Below are positions 9,815 to 18,948 of a stretch of DNA of 64,000 nt, piece by piece. Source of the DNA: a virus; the IMG/VR virus record IMGVR_UViG_3300049137_000157, positions 135,469-199,468 of that record; one strand, written 5' to 3'. The position numbers and the translations under genes are program-made. The notes under the pieces are model-generated. The model ran no database searches, was not told the origin of the DNA, and saw only the letters and a list, made by a program, of their open reading frames with translations. Each line of letters starts with the position of its first letter. Position 1 is the stretch's first letter.

Positions 9815-10077
9815 CAGAAAAGACAGGCAAGCGCGACAGGAGCCCGGCGGACACCCTGGCGGACGCAGCCAAGTTCTTGCGGGAAATGAGGATGATCTCC
9901 AGCGCGTTCACCACCAACAGCTCGACAGCTCGTTACCTGTCCGCGCGAAAGGCCGTTGCTCTCGTTCTCCAGAGCGCGGCAGACGCCTGGGCCGAAGACC
10001 CCGACAACCACCCGGCAAACGACCATGAGGGGGATCTGCTGGCCCTTGCCGAAGACCTGATCAGGGAGGACGGGTGA
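9811..10077 (+). CDS. hypothetical protein
   Basis: GTGA overlap. Confidence 0.65.
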   Translation: MTEKTGKRDRSPADTLADAAKFLREMRMISSAFTTNSSTARYLSARKAVALVLQSAADAWAEDPDNHPANDHEGDLLALAEDLIREDG

Positions 10078-10439
10078 ACCCCACCGACGAGCTTCAGAAA
10101 GCCGCTGCCAAGCTCCGCAAGCTGGCAGAAGAAGCAACCTCCGGTTCCTGGCGACGCATCGGCAAGGGCTATCCCCACATCCTCGCGCAAGGAGAAGGGG
10201 GGCAGTACGTCGAGGAATCGGAAGGGTTGATCTCCACCAACCTCTCGGGAAACCCCGACGCCGACGCCCTGTACATCGAGGTCATGCAGCCGCGTGCCGG
10301 TCTCTCTCTAGCGACATGGCTCGACGTGGAGGCCGCTACATGGGCCGGGGATGAGGTGCACTACGCCTGCAAGCCTGGCACTTGCACTCAGGAAGCCGCG
10401 CTCGACTTCGCGCGCATGATCAACGGAGGAGAAGAGTGA
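10074..10439 (+). CDS. Ead/Ea22-like phage protein
   Basis: DELQKAAAKLRKLAEEATSGSW pattern. Confidence 0.6.
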   Translation: MNPTDELQKAAAKLRKLAEEATSGSWRRIGKGYPHILAQGEGGQYVEESEGLISTNLSGNPDADALYIEVMQPRAGLSLATWLDVEAATWAGDEVHYACKPGTCTQEAALDFARMINGGEE

Positions 10440-10720
10440 CCCCCGTCGAGACACTGCGGTCAGCAGCCGACCGCCTGGAGTCTCTTGCCAAAGCGGCGCA
10501 GAAGGATCTGGAGACCGACGACTTCTGGGCGTGCTACAACCCGGCCACCGCCTGGCGGGACGGCATGACCAATGGCATGGGGGGTGTCACGGGAGATCTG
10601 GCCGGGGCGATACCTCCCGCAGCCGTCGCCCATCTGGTGCACTGGCTGCGAGCGGAAGCCAGACAGCCCAGCGCCAGCCCGTACGCTCTGGCCTTCGCCA
10701 GCCGGATCCACGGAACCTGA
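10436..10720 (+). CDS. hypothetical protein, paralog-like to upstream gene
   Basis: ETLRSAADRLESLAKAA resembles the N-terminus of 10074-10439. Confidence 0.6.
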   Translation: MTPVETLRSAADRLESLAKAAQKDLETDDFWACYNPATAWRDGMTNGMGGVTGDLAGAIPPAAVAHLVHWLRAEARQPSASPYALAFASRIHGT

Positions 10721-10728
10721 ACACGAAT

Positions 10729-10762
10729 AAGGGCGGCCTCCGAGTGGAGGGAGGCCGCCCTT
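10729..10762. terminator. bidirectional terminator at convergence
   Basis: aagggcggcctcc...ggaggccgccctt. Confidence 0.7.
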
Positions 10763-10893
10763 GCGTTTCACGGAAAACCCGGCTTGAGCCACTTTCGTGG
10801 ATGCCGATCTACTGGGCCTGGGCCGTTCAGTCGGCAGACGGACTTTCCTGGGAACTACCGTAACACGACTGGGAGTTTATTCGGTACAAGTTT

Positions 10894-11679
10894 TCACCAC
10901 TTGCGGGGATCGCACGACCTGCCGAGCTTGTTCCAGGCGTCGTCGAACCACGTGTTGGCCTGATCGAACCACAGGTGGTCGTACCTCTCCCGCTGGGGGT
11001 CCCTGGAGAACTGCCTGTCGTTCCGAGGGTGATGGAACAACACGAGACCCGATCCCGTCGATTCGTCCGGTTGGACCGGGTGATAACCGAAGAAGACGTC
11101 CTCTTTGTTGACAATGCCGAGCATGAAGAACTGGGTTCCGTCGTGCACTCGCACCTGGGCACCCCCGTCCCGGATCAGCCCAAGCGTCTTCAGGTTGTCG
11201 ACGAAGGTGACGATGCCGCGAAGGCTCTCCTCCACGTCGAACAGGGTCGACTCCGGCACGAGGATACGGATGAGAATGTTCTCCGGGGTGAACCGTCCAG
11301 AGCGGACTCCCTCGAAAGGTTCTCGAAGAGCTTTGCGGAGCACCTCGGTGGAAGGGCCCGCGAAGTCGATCAGCACGTTCGCGCGGGAGAAGGCCGCCTG
11401 GATGCAGGGCTGGAACCCCTCGGCAACCCCGGATTCCTCTCGGACGAAAGATCCACTGCCTTGGATCGAGTAGATCAAGTCCTGATCTTCGAGGACTCGA
11501 AGGGCTCGCTGGACCGTTGCCCGCGCGAAACCGTAGTGATTCGTCAGTTCCGACTGAGAAGGGAGCTTCCCTCCGGGTGCGATTTTCTTGGTGAGAATGG
11601 CCGCTCGTAGGCCATGGAGCACTTGCTCGTATGGCGCGCGGCTGTCGTCGGGATCCCGAGGTGCAAGGGGAGAAGTCAT
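10894..11679 (-). CDS. GntR-family winged-helix transcriptional regulator
   Basis: KLPSQSELTNHYGFARATVQRALRVLEDQDLIYSIQGSGSFV. Confidence 0.9.
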   Translation of the reverse strand: MTSPLAPRDPDDSRAPYEQVLHGLRAAILTKKIAPGGKLPSQSELTNHYGFARATVQRALRVLEDQDLIYSIQGSGSFVREESGVAEGFQPCIQAAFSRANVLIDFAGPSTEVLRKALREPFEGVRSGRFTPENILIRILVPESTLFDVEESLRGIVTFVDNLKTLGLIRDGGAQVRVHDGTQFFMLGIVNKEDVFFGYHPVQPDESTGSGLVLFHHPRNDRQFSRDPQRERYDHLWFDQANTWFDDAWNKLGRSCDPRKW

Positions 11680-11727
11680 ACCTCGGGATCCTAGACATGC
11701 TTGGCTAGCCTGGCCAGCCAGGTCGAG

Positions 11728-12018
11728 TCACCCTTCGCGCTCCGGCCAATGCCAGGTCCCACCTCGACGATCTTTTGGTGCCTGTGAGCAGGTCTTTCCC
11801 CCGAGGGCCTCGTACTGGAAACACCCCCCTACCGCCAGCGGATGAAGGAAGTCGCCGGTCGGATTGAATACATGCAGACCCACTTGCATCGGCTCTTCGG
11901 GGTTGACCTCGGTCACGATTGCCGACCGACACGTCGCCACATACGCCTGAGTTCCATCTTCCCGGACAGGCGTGCCATGGGAAACGTAGTGAACTATGCG
12001 CCCAATGCTCGGATTCAC
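11728..12018 (-). CDS. hypothetical phage protein
   Basis: MNPSIGRIVHYV...CRSAIVTEV...GTWHWPER, a motif set I recall from actinophage proteins. Confidence 0.7.
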   Translation of the reverse strand: MNPSIGRIVHYVSHGTPVREDGTQAYVATCRSAIVTEVNPEEPMQVGLHVFNPTGDFLHPLAVGGCFQYEALGGKTCSQAPKDRRGGTWHWPEREG

Positions 12019-12036
12019 CAGTTCAGCTCCTTTGCG

Positions 12037-12699
12037 TCAGCTAGCCAGCTTACGCGGTGGCTGAACTCGAAGAACCTCCCACAAAGGACTCTGTCCGGCC
12101 GCCCACATTGCCAGGGCATTCCGATCCACCACATAGAGTCCGTGCGTCTGAGCGAACGTCCAGGCAGGTTTCGTGACCCGGCCGTTCGTCAACATCACCG
12201 GGATGTCCGCGCCGTGCACGGGTCGAGCGGTTCCGTTCAGGGTCTGCATGTCGTGACCACCCACGGGGGAGCCCTGGGCCCCCTGCCGACGGTGCTTGCA
12301 CTGGATCACCCACCGACGACCGAACGGATCCGTGGCGATCACGTCGGCACCCTGATCTCCAGCGCCACCCACCCGTCGGGCATCCCGGCAGCCGTCTCGG
12401 AACATCAGATCCCGGACGGCATCCTCGAACTGACTGTGATGCAGGGAGTCCATCATTGTCAGCTCGTAGCGCAGGCCGCGCGCACGGACGCGGTCCCACT
12501 CCCTCTGCTGGTGTCGCAAATACCAGCGGGCCCCAACCACCCCGCCACCCACAAGCAAGGCGACGAGAATGATCCAGGGGCGCTCTGCGATCCACCGCAG
12601 AATCGCGATGACGACCACGACCCCCAGAACGAGAAGGGCTACGGCTCCGGAGTCGAACTGACCGGACTTGCGGCCCCGCCTGCGCTTCCTCTTCGTCAC
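12037..12699 (-). CDS. Mrr-like restriction endonuclease domain protein with N-terminal TM helices
   Basis: FEDAVRDLM...VGGAGDQGADVIA...VIQCKH (PD-(D/E)xK, Mrr_cat). Confidence 0.85.
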   Translation of the reverse strand: MTKRKRRRGRKSGQFDSGAVALLVLGVVVVIAILRWIAERPWIILVALLVGGGVVGARWYLRHQQREWDRVRARGLRYELTMMDSLHHSQFEDAVRDLMFRDGCRDARRVGGAGDQGADVIATDPFGRRWVIQCKHRRQGAQGSPVGGHDMQTLNGTARPVHGADIPVMLTNGRVTKPAWTFAQTHGLYVVDRNALAMWAAGQSPLWEVLRVQPPRKLAS

Positions 12700-12956
12700 C
12701 GTCCACCTCCCGAGAGATCCACCGGATAGGAGACCTTCGGCATCGGGGGCGACGAGGGAAAGTTCTCCAGCTTGACCGGATAGACGGTCTGACCCCGAGG
12801 GGTGTTCGCCCTCCCGGGGCTGACACTGCTCATCCCGATCACCAGCAGACCGATCGAGACGAAGATAGCCGCCTGTCGTTTACCTCCGGGCCAGTCGCGA
12901 CTGTACGCGGCGACCTTCGTCCCACTGGCTTTGATGTGCGCCTTGACGCTTACCAT
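12696..12956 (-). CDS. small membrane protein
   Basis: One TM segment; 4-bp overlap with next gene. Confidence 0.55.
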   Translation of the reverse strand: MVSVKAHIKASGTKVAAYSRDWPGGKRQAAIFVSIGLLVIGMSSVSPGRANTPRGQTVYPVKLENFPSSPPMPKVSYPVDLSGGGR

Positions 12957-13048
12957 CGGACCCCCCAGACCCGAGTTGAACAGAATGGCAACGTTGAGTA
13001 TCTCAGCAGTTCTTACGCAAGAACAGCGGAATCTGGGGGTCCGAAGGT

Positions 13049-13612
13049 CTACTTCACTTCTTGCACCAAAATATCCCGATTCGTCCAGGACGTCTTACGC
13101 TGAAGGAGACGGAACTCGGTGCCGGACTTCCGAAGCTGGGGGAGCAGCAGCACGCCCTTCCTGACCTCTTCGTCGTCCTCGTTCATGTCGTCCGCGAGGA
13201 GCAGCGCCGGACGTGCAGCCAGCTTCAGCGCCAGCCGGTAGTCCTCCAGGACGACGTCGGCATCGTTCGCTCCGTCCAGGTAGAGGATGTCGAACTCGGC
13301 CTCCTGGGCGATCAAGTCCAGCATCCTGCTGTGCGAGTCCCCCTGGAGGAGGGTGCACGTGGAGATGCAGGACTTGCCGCGCTCCTCCATCACGCGCTGG
13401 GCGACCGAGGTGTCCAGGTCGATGCCGGTGTAGGTGCCGCCGTACTCCATGGCCAGCGTCATCAGCGCCGGAGTGGAGTGACCGTCCCCGTCCGCGTACT
13501 CGACGCGGGCGTCACGGATGACGCCGACTTCGAGAATTCGGGGCGAGGACTTGCCGGTGCGCCGGAGGAATTCCGGAATCTCCGTGCGGAATATGTCTTC
13601 GATCGTGGTCAC
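13049..13612 (-). CDS. class I SAM-dependent methyltransferase (Methyltransf_24-like)
   Basis: ILEVG, YTGIDLD, QGDS, DILYLDG, LLLADD. Confidence 0.8.
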   Translation of the reverse strand: MTTIEDIFRTEIPEFLRRTGKSSPRILEVGVIRDARVEYADGDGHSTPALMTLAMEYGGTYTGIDLDTSVAQRVMEERGKSCISTCTLLQGDSHSRMLDLIAQEAEFDILYLDGANDADVVLEDYRLALKLAARPALLLADDMNEDDEEVRKGVLLLPQLRKSGTEFRLLQRKTSWTNRDILVQEVK

Positions 13613-13628
13613 GGAAAAAGAGTACTTC

Positions 13629-14210
13629 TTACTCGACTACCTCACCCTCAATGATGGGGCGAAGCTCCACCGGTCCGGCCCCTCCACCCATGGCGACAAG
13701 AGCGGCCGAGTTCTGTGCGATGGCATCAGCGGCCATGGCCGGGAAAGTCTGATTCCACATCTCCTCGACCGAGTCCCGGGCCTCGTCCGGAATGATTTCG
13801 ATGATCTTCTCCAGCATCCCGACCCGGATCACGTCGATACAGGTGGTCACAAGCTGGGTCTGCGCCTGGGTCAACCGAACCTGTTCATCGCGCAGACGGT
13901 CCTTCTTCAAGTCCATCAGTTCAGTGATCTCACGGACTGTGTCGATCAAGTTCTTGACGTTGCGTCCCTGGGTGAGAAGGTCACCCGCCATCACCTGATT
14001 CCAGAGCGCGGTGATGACGTGCTCCAGACGTCGGAGCTGAAGCATGCGCATCTGAACGACGGACATGGACGTCGCCTGCTGCTCCAGGTACGCCGTCATC
14101 CGCTCGTGGACGGCCTCGATCTCCATGCCGACACGGGCGGAGATCTGCGCCAGCGTCATGCCCTGAGCGGCGTAGTCCACCATGACTTCGGCGAGAGAGT
14201 CATGCGCCAT
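13629..14210 (-). CDS. HTH protein, probable terminase small subunit
   Basis: N-terminal HTH (GMTLAQISARVG) plus RRLEHVITALWNQVMAGD pattern seen in actinophage TerS-like proteins. Confidence 0.55.
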   Translation of the reverse strand: MAHDSLAEVMVDYAAQGMTLAQISARVGMEIEAVHERMTAYLEQQATSMSVVQMRMLQLRRLEHVITALWNQVMAGDLLTQGRNVKNLIDTVREITELMDLKKDRLRDEQVRLTQAQTQLVTTCIDVIRVGMLEKIIEIIPDEARDSVEEMWNQTFPAMAADAIAQNSAALVAMGGGAGPVELRPIIEGEVVE

Positions 14211-14299
14211 GAAGGATCCTTTCCGTCTGACGAAGTACTTCTATTGTCAGACTCCTTGTCGTATGCTTGATGGACGGAAAGACTTCAGGAGGAGAAAAC

Positions 14300-14527
14300 G
14301 TGAGCAACAGCAAGCCCGGTCTCCACCGAGCGACCGTCAACTTCTCATCCCGTTCCTGGCAGGCAGTCGAGCACGCCATGGAACTGCGAGGAGACAGCCA
14401 GACCGAGGTCCTCAACTTGGCAGCACGGGTTCTCGACCACATCGAGACCCAGCAGCACACCCGAGGCAAGGTCCTCTTCTGGGGTGATCCGGACGGAAGC
14501 AACCTGGAGCGTCTTCACATTCTGTGA
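14300..14527 (+). CDS. small ribbon-helix-helix-like protein
   Basis: GGAGGAG RBS before GTG 14300; RATVNFS...SQTEVLNLA. Confidence 0.55.
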   Translation: MSNSKPGLHRATVNFSSRSWQAVEHAMELRGDSQTEVLNLAARVLDHIETQQHTRGKVLFWGDPDGSNLERLHIL

Positions 14528-14538
14528 AAGACGGTCGG

Positions 14539-14730
14539 CTACCGGACACTACGCTTCCGAGGGATCGACGAGGACTCCCTGTCCTCGCGTCCCCGTCGAT
14601 CCCTCTTCACCACCTGGATGCCATTCTGATAGATCGGGTGGTTGATGCCGTCCAGCAGGCGTTCGTACCAGTCGGCGACCATGTCGTTGTCCAGGTCCAC
14701 CCGGATGACCAGTTCCTGCATGTCGCTCAC
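14539..14730 (-). CDS. hypothetical protein
   Basis: GTGA overlap with upstream gene. Confidence 0.5.
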   Translation of the reverse strand: MSDMQELVIRVDLDNDMVADWYERLLDGINHPIYQNGIQVVKRDRRGREDRESSSIPRKRSVR

Positions 14731-15464
14731 TTCTCCGTTTCGTCGACGGACTTCAGGGCCTCTGGGGTCGTATCCCTCAGCGCGTCGCACATGCCGCAGG
14801 AGTAGGGGAGGTCCGTTCGGCCCTGAACCAGGCATTCCTCCAGGTGTCGCTGACGGACGAGAGTCAGAGTTCCCTCGGCCAAGCGGGCTCGCGACAGGAA
14901 CTGATCTCGCTCCGCACGGGCGATGTCCCGCTGGGCGAACACCCCGACCCCCCGACCCGCCTCGTCACCAGCGATTTCCACCGGCACGTATGCAAGTCCG
15001 AGGCGCACTGCGATACGAAGTCGGTGATGGCCATCCCACAGTCGACCGTCCGACCCGATCAACACCGGCATGGTGATGCCGTTCTCCCGGATTCGTCGCT
15101 CCAGGGCGTCCAGATATCCGGTCTGGGCGTGACGGCGGTCGAGATCGGCCCACTCCTCGGCCCACGACCAGTCCCGGGATCCGCACCGGACTTCGGAGAG
15201 GACTCGGTCCAGCGGCCATACTTCGAGGCGTACGTTGGAAGATTTCTCGGAGTCTTCCGCTCGCCACTTTCGCAGGTTCTTGGCGTAGACCACTCCGTAC
15301 GCCAACGCCGAGGCGATGAATCCGTACTGCTCGGTAGTCAGCGCGTAGGCCATCCACAGGGCCTGCGCTCCTAAGCCGACCGCCCAGCCCAGACGGTTCC
15401 GGCGACCTGCCAGGTACAGCCCGAAAACCCCCACTGCCGTGAGGAGCCAGCTCCAGAACTGCAT
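14727..15464 (-). CDS. PnuC-like membrane domain fused to ParB/Srx-like domain
   Basis: TGATG overlap; N-terminal TMs (WSWLLTAVGVFGLYLAG), then IRENGITMPVLIGSDGRLWDGHHRLRIA. Confidence 0.7.
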   Translation of the reverse strand: MQFWSWLLTAVGVFGLYLAGRRNRLGWAVGLGAQALWMAYALTTEQYGFIASALAYGVVYAKNLRKWRAEDSEKSSNVRLEVWPLDRVLSEVRCGSRDWSWAEEWADLDRRHAQTGYLDALERRIRENGITMPVLIGSDGRLWDGHHRLRIAVRLGLAYVPVEIAGDEAGRGVGVFAQRDIARAERDQFLSRARLAEGTLTLVRQRHLEECLVQGRTDLPYSCGMCDALRDTTPEALKSVDETEK

Positions 15465-16336
15465 CAGAAGGTGACACCTACCTCGGCCCAGGCATCCTTC
15501 ACAGCCGGACCCATGTGGCCGCCGCCCGAGTGGTACCAGGTGCGGTATGCCATGTCGCGGAACGAGGCGTACGGGGTCATGTCGGCGAGAGCCTTCCGCC
15601 ACATGGCCAGGGGGCGACCCCACGATTCTTCCCCGGTCGTCTCGCACAGCAGGGCGAAGGCCCGGTTCGGGATTCCGGAGTTGATGTGCACACCGCCGTC
15701 GTCGAAGGAGCCTTCGACGTAGTCCCTCATGTGTGCGGGCTGGGGGTCCTTGCCCATCGTGGGAGAGTCGTAGGCGGTACCGGGGTTCAGCATGTCCCGG
15801 ACGCAGGTCGTTCCGTCGAGGAAGACTTCCTGTCCCATCTTCCAGTCGTGCGGGTTGCCGGAGAACTTCTGCTGGAGGCACACACCGAATACATCTGAGA
15901 CGTGCTCGTTCAGCGCGCCGGACTGGGCTCGGTAGACCAGGTTCGGGCCGCGCGATACCAGGAAGTGTCCGAACTCGTGGGCGTAGACGTCCCGGGACTT
16001 GGTGAAATCACCGTAGATCTTGCCGTCCCCGGTGCCGAACACCAGGTAGGTGCCATCGAAGAAGGCGTTGGCGTAGTTCCTGCCGTAGTTGATGACGGCG
16101 TCGGGGCAGTCTTCGATTCCGAAGAGTTCCCAGGCTTCCTGCGAGTATTGCTCCAGACGCTCGGCCGCCTCGTCGGGAGAGTCCGCGCTCACCGGAACTC
16201 CGGGGAGTTTCGTCCGCCCGCGCGCATCGAAAATGTGAGTCGGTCCGTCGACAGAAGGATCCTCGGCTCGCCAGGTTCGAGGCTTGATGTGTTCCGGCTT
16301 TCCGCCAAGGTGAGGCGGTATGAAAAAGCAGGTCAT
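15464..16336 (-). CDS. protealysin-like M4 metallopeptidase
   Basis: Propeptide CFFIPPHL, NAFFDG, HEFGH, GALNEHVSD, GGVHINSGIPN. Confidence 0.92.
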   Translation of the reverse strand: MTCFFIPPHLGGKPEHIKPRTWRAEDPSVDGPTHIFDARGRTKLPGVPVSADSPDEAAERLEQYSQEAWELFGIEDCPDAVINYGRNYANAFFDGTYLVFGTGDGKIYGDFTKSRDVYAHEFGHFLVSRGPNLVYRAQSGALNEHVSDVFGVCLQQKFSGNPHDWKMGQEVFLDGTTCVRDMLNPGTAYDSPTMGKDPQPAHMRDYVEGSFDDGGVHINSGIPNRAFALLCETTGEESWGRPLAMWRKALADMTPYASFRDMAYRTWYHSGGGHMGPAVKDAWAEVGVTF

Positions 16337-16448
16337 GCGAGGAGTTTACGAGTCTCGTGCAAAGAATGGTGAGTAAGGTCAACATGCCTTACCTGCTTGA
16401 GAGTTGCTCCCGAACCACGATAGACTTCAGATACGGAGAGGGGGAGAA

Positions 16449-16961
16449 GTGAGCAAGAGAGGTCCGAACGGCGGCAAGCCGCAGTTCTTTCAGCCAGGAA
16501 GCGTCTTCGTTTCCTGGGTCATACGCGTCGGGCTTTTCGTGACGGCTCTCACTTGCATCCCCTTCTATCTCAGTTTCGAGGGCCCTCGGCAAACACTCGC
16601 TCCGGACTACGCGGCAACCGATCGCGCGATGCTGGTGTACCACTCGGGCGGTGAAGTCGATAAGTCGATCGAGCGTTCCGTCGAAGTGATCCTCTACAAC
16701 GACACCTCGACCGCTTCAATTGCGGCGGGCGTCGAACCCATGGAGCGGCACACCGTGAAGATCGCCGCGAAGTGCATGGACGAGAACACCGTGATGCTCA
16801 CAATCAGCTCGGACACTCTTGACCGCTGGATCACGCTCGACGTGCAGGGTGTTCACGCCGAGGCTTCCGAGAGGATCGAGGCCAGTGGCGAAGGGTCATA
16901 CGAAGTGGACATGACAACCTGCTCTCCTTCGGATCTGACCTTCATCCAGCAGGCACCCTGA
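16449..16961 (+). CDS. membrane-anchored protein
   Basis: TM segment VIRVGLFVTALTCIPFYL; GGAG RBS. Confidence 0.6.
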   Translation: MSKRGPNGGKPQFFQPGSVFVSWVIRVGLFVTALTCIPFYLSFEGPRQTLAPDYAATDRAMLVYHSGGEVDKSIERSVEVILYNDTSTASIAAGVEPMERHTVKIAAKCMDENTVMLTISSDTLDRWITLDVQGVHAEASERIEASGEGSYEVDMTTCSPSDLTFIQQAP

Positions 16962-16991
16962 ACACCCCGCAAGCTCACTCTGGAGAACCTG

Positions 16992-17291
16992 ATGAACGAC
17001 TTCGAGTGCCATCCGCAGTTCGGGTACACCCCGGTCACCTTCGAGGCACAAGGCTTCAGGGCGGTTCGATGGTTCGGGGAGGAGAACTGCAAGTACGTCT
17101 TCGCCTTCCTCGGCTTCGAGCACCCGGACGACGAGCTGGACCACAGCCAAATCCACTTCAACTCCACCGACTCGCGCTCCGGAACCGTGACGGCCTACCC
17201 GGGGAACTGGATCGTGCGGGACGGCGCGGGTCTCCACCGTTACACCCATGAGGACTTTCTCAAGAAGGCCGGGATGGCAGATCGTGCCTGA
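16992..17291 (+). CDS. hypothetical phage protein
   Basis: GGAG RBS; AYPGNWIVRDG motif. Confidence 0.7.
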   Translation: MNDFECHPQFGYTPVTFEAQGFRAVRWFGEENCKYVFAFLGFEHPDDELDHSQIHFNSTDSRSGTVTAYPGNWIVRDGAGLHRYTHEDFLKKAGMADRA

Positions 17292-17808
17292 GGTTCCCGA
17301 CCCGTACGACGACAGCCGACTGGACGAGATGCTTCTCCGTCAGGAGAGGCCGAAGATCACGGGCGACGTCAGCGAAGCCCGGGTGGAGATGGAGAGGCTG
17401 GTTGTTCTCGGGCTCCTGAAGAGCATGTCTCCCCCTGAGGCCCGGGTGTGTGCGAAGGCGCTGGTCGGACAGTTCGAATACCGGGTCCGTCAGGACGCCG
17501 AGAAGAAGGCGTTGGCGGAGATTCGCGAAGAACTCCGCGAGTGCGGCATCGAGTCGGCGTTCTTCCCGAGAAGGCTCACCTACACCGTGGTCGCACGGCG
17601 TACGGGGAACTGGTTCGCTCTTGAGGTGCCCGACCTTCCTGGCGTCTTCAGTCAGGTGAGGGAGATCGAACGGGCCAGCGGGGCTGCACGTCAAGCCATC
17701 TCCGCGATGCTTGACGTGGACGTGGACGAGATCCGCGTCAAGGTCCAGCTCGCAAATTCCGAAGATGCGAGTGCCGAAGACTGCGACGAAAGTACACAGA
17801 CAGGCTGA
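17284..17808 (+). CDS. protein with C-terminal HicB-like domain
   Basis: YTVVARRTGNWFALEVPDLPGVFSQVRE..AARQAISAML. Confidence 0.65.
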   Translation: MPEVPDPYDDSRLDEMLLRQERPKITGDVSEARVEMERLVVLGLLKSMSPPEARVCAKALVGQFEYRVRQDAEKKALAEIREELRECGIESAFFPRRLTYTVVARRTGNWFALEVPDLPGVFSQVREIERASGAARQAISAMLDVDVDEIRVKVQLANSEDASAEDCDESTQTG

Positions 17809-17832
17809 CATGCCACACGGAAAGGAGACGGG

Positions 17833-18015
17833 ATGATGGATGGGATCAATCAGAGTGTCTTCTGGGAAGACTTCGCGGAGGACTTGCAGGAACCGGAAGT
17901 CCGCCGCATGTACGTATCGGAGTCCATCCGCATCGCCGCCATCGACCAGGCAGTCAACGCCTCCGGCGGGGAGAACGGCAGTGGCTCGTCGAGGGTTGGT
18001 GACGCAGATCGATGA
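17833..18015 (+). CDS. truncated antitoxin/XRE N-terminal-like peptide
   Basis: FWEDFAEDLQEPEVRRMYVSESIRIAAIDQAVN resembles the N-terminus of actinobacterial HTH antitoxins; no HTH follows. Confidence 0.45.
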   Translation: MMDGINQSVFWEDFAEDLQEPEVRRMYVSESIRIAAIDQAVNASGGENGSGSSRVGDADR

Positions 18016-18377
18016 AAAACCCCTGCATATTCTGCGAAATCGTCGCAGGCCGGGCTCCGGCCACCTTTGTGCAGAAGTGGGACGACGCCATCGCGATCGT
18101 TCCGCTGCACCCGGTTGTCGAGGGGCACACTCTCGTCATCCCGCGAGACCATGTCCAGGACTTCGGAACGGACCCCGACGTCTCCGCCCTGACGATGTAC
18201 AGGGCTTCGGAGCTGGCGCAGGGCCCACAGCCGATGAACGTCATCACCTCCCGAGGGCGGGAGGCCACGCAGTCTGTCTTCCACCTGCATCTCCACCTCG
18301 TTCCGCGAACAGAGAACGACGGCCTCGCCCTGCCCTGGTTCAGTGGACGCCGGAAGAAAGGGAACCCTCATGTCTGA
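18012..18377 (+). CDS. HIT-family nucleotide hydrolase
   Basis: CIFCEI, GHTLVIPR, FHLHLHLVPR. Confidence 0.9.
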   Translation: MKNPCIFCEIVAGRAPATFVQKWDDAIAIVPLHPVVEGHTLVIPRDHVQDFGTDPDVSALTMYRASELAQGPQPMNVITSRGREATQSVFHLHLHLVPRTENDGLALPWFSGRRKKGNPHV

Positions 18378-18642
18378 TCTGCATCTCGTCATCAGCCGAC
18401 CCGCACCGGGGGAGTGGCTGGGGCGCATGGACATCGTCGAGGCCCTGGAGGCGGCAGGCTGGCGGGGCGACGAAGACATGCCCCTCAGCGTCCTGCGTCA
18501 CCCGTCCGGAGCGATCTGGGGTGTAACCGACTCCGGTGACTCCGGGCTCGACTGTCCGAACGGCGCGGTCGTCAGTTTCCCGGCCGATACGCCTTCGATC
18601 GTGGTCATCGCGGCATGCCTGGCGTCGGTCGACGTCGCCTGA
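18370..18642 (+). CDS. hypothetical protein
   Basis: Overlap, codon bias. Confidence 0.6.
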   Translation: MSDLHLVISRPAPGEWLGRMDIVEALEAAGWRGDEDMPLSVLRHPSGAIWGVTDSGDSGLDCPNGAVVSFPADTPSIVVIAACLASVDVA

Positions 18643-18846
18643 TCAGAACAGAGTCGGCTGCTGAGGGTCGCTGGGGCGGAACAGGGCCTCGGCGACCCTC
18701 ACGTGCTGCATGGACCCGGAGCACAGCTTGAGGTCCAATCGCTTCTTCTTGTGGTCGGCCACGCTGACCACTCCCGGACGCTTCGTCGGAGTTCCGCTCA
18801 CACCCCGCTTGCATCCCGGGCAGACGACACGCGGATTCTTCGCCAT
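18643..18846 (-). CDS. small zinc-binding protein
   Basis: CPGC...H...C. Confidence 0.5.
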   Translation of the reverse strand: MAKNPRVVCPGCKRGVSGTPTKRPGVVSVADHKKKRLDLKLCSGSMQHVRVAEALFRPSDPQQPTLF

Positions 18847-18948
18847 TGCCACAGTCTGCACCCTCCCCGAATGGCCCATCCAGGCTGATTGCAGCCAAGT
18901 TGCCGGTCAACACCGGTATCGGCAAGTCTACTTCAGCCGGGAAACGCG

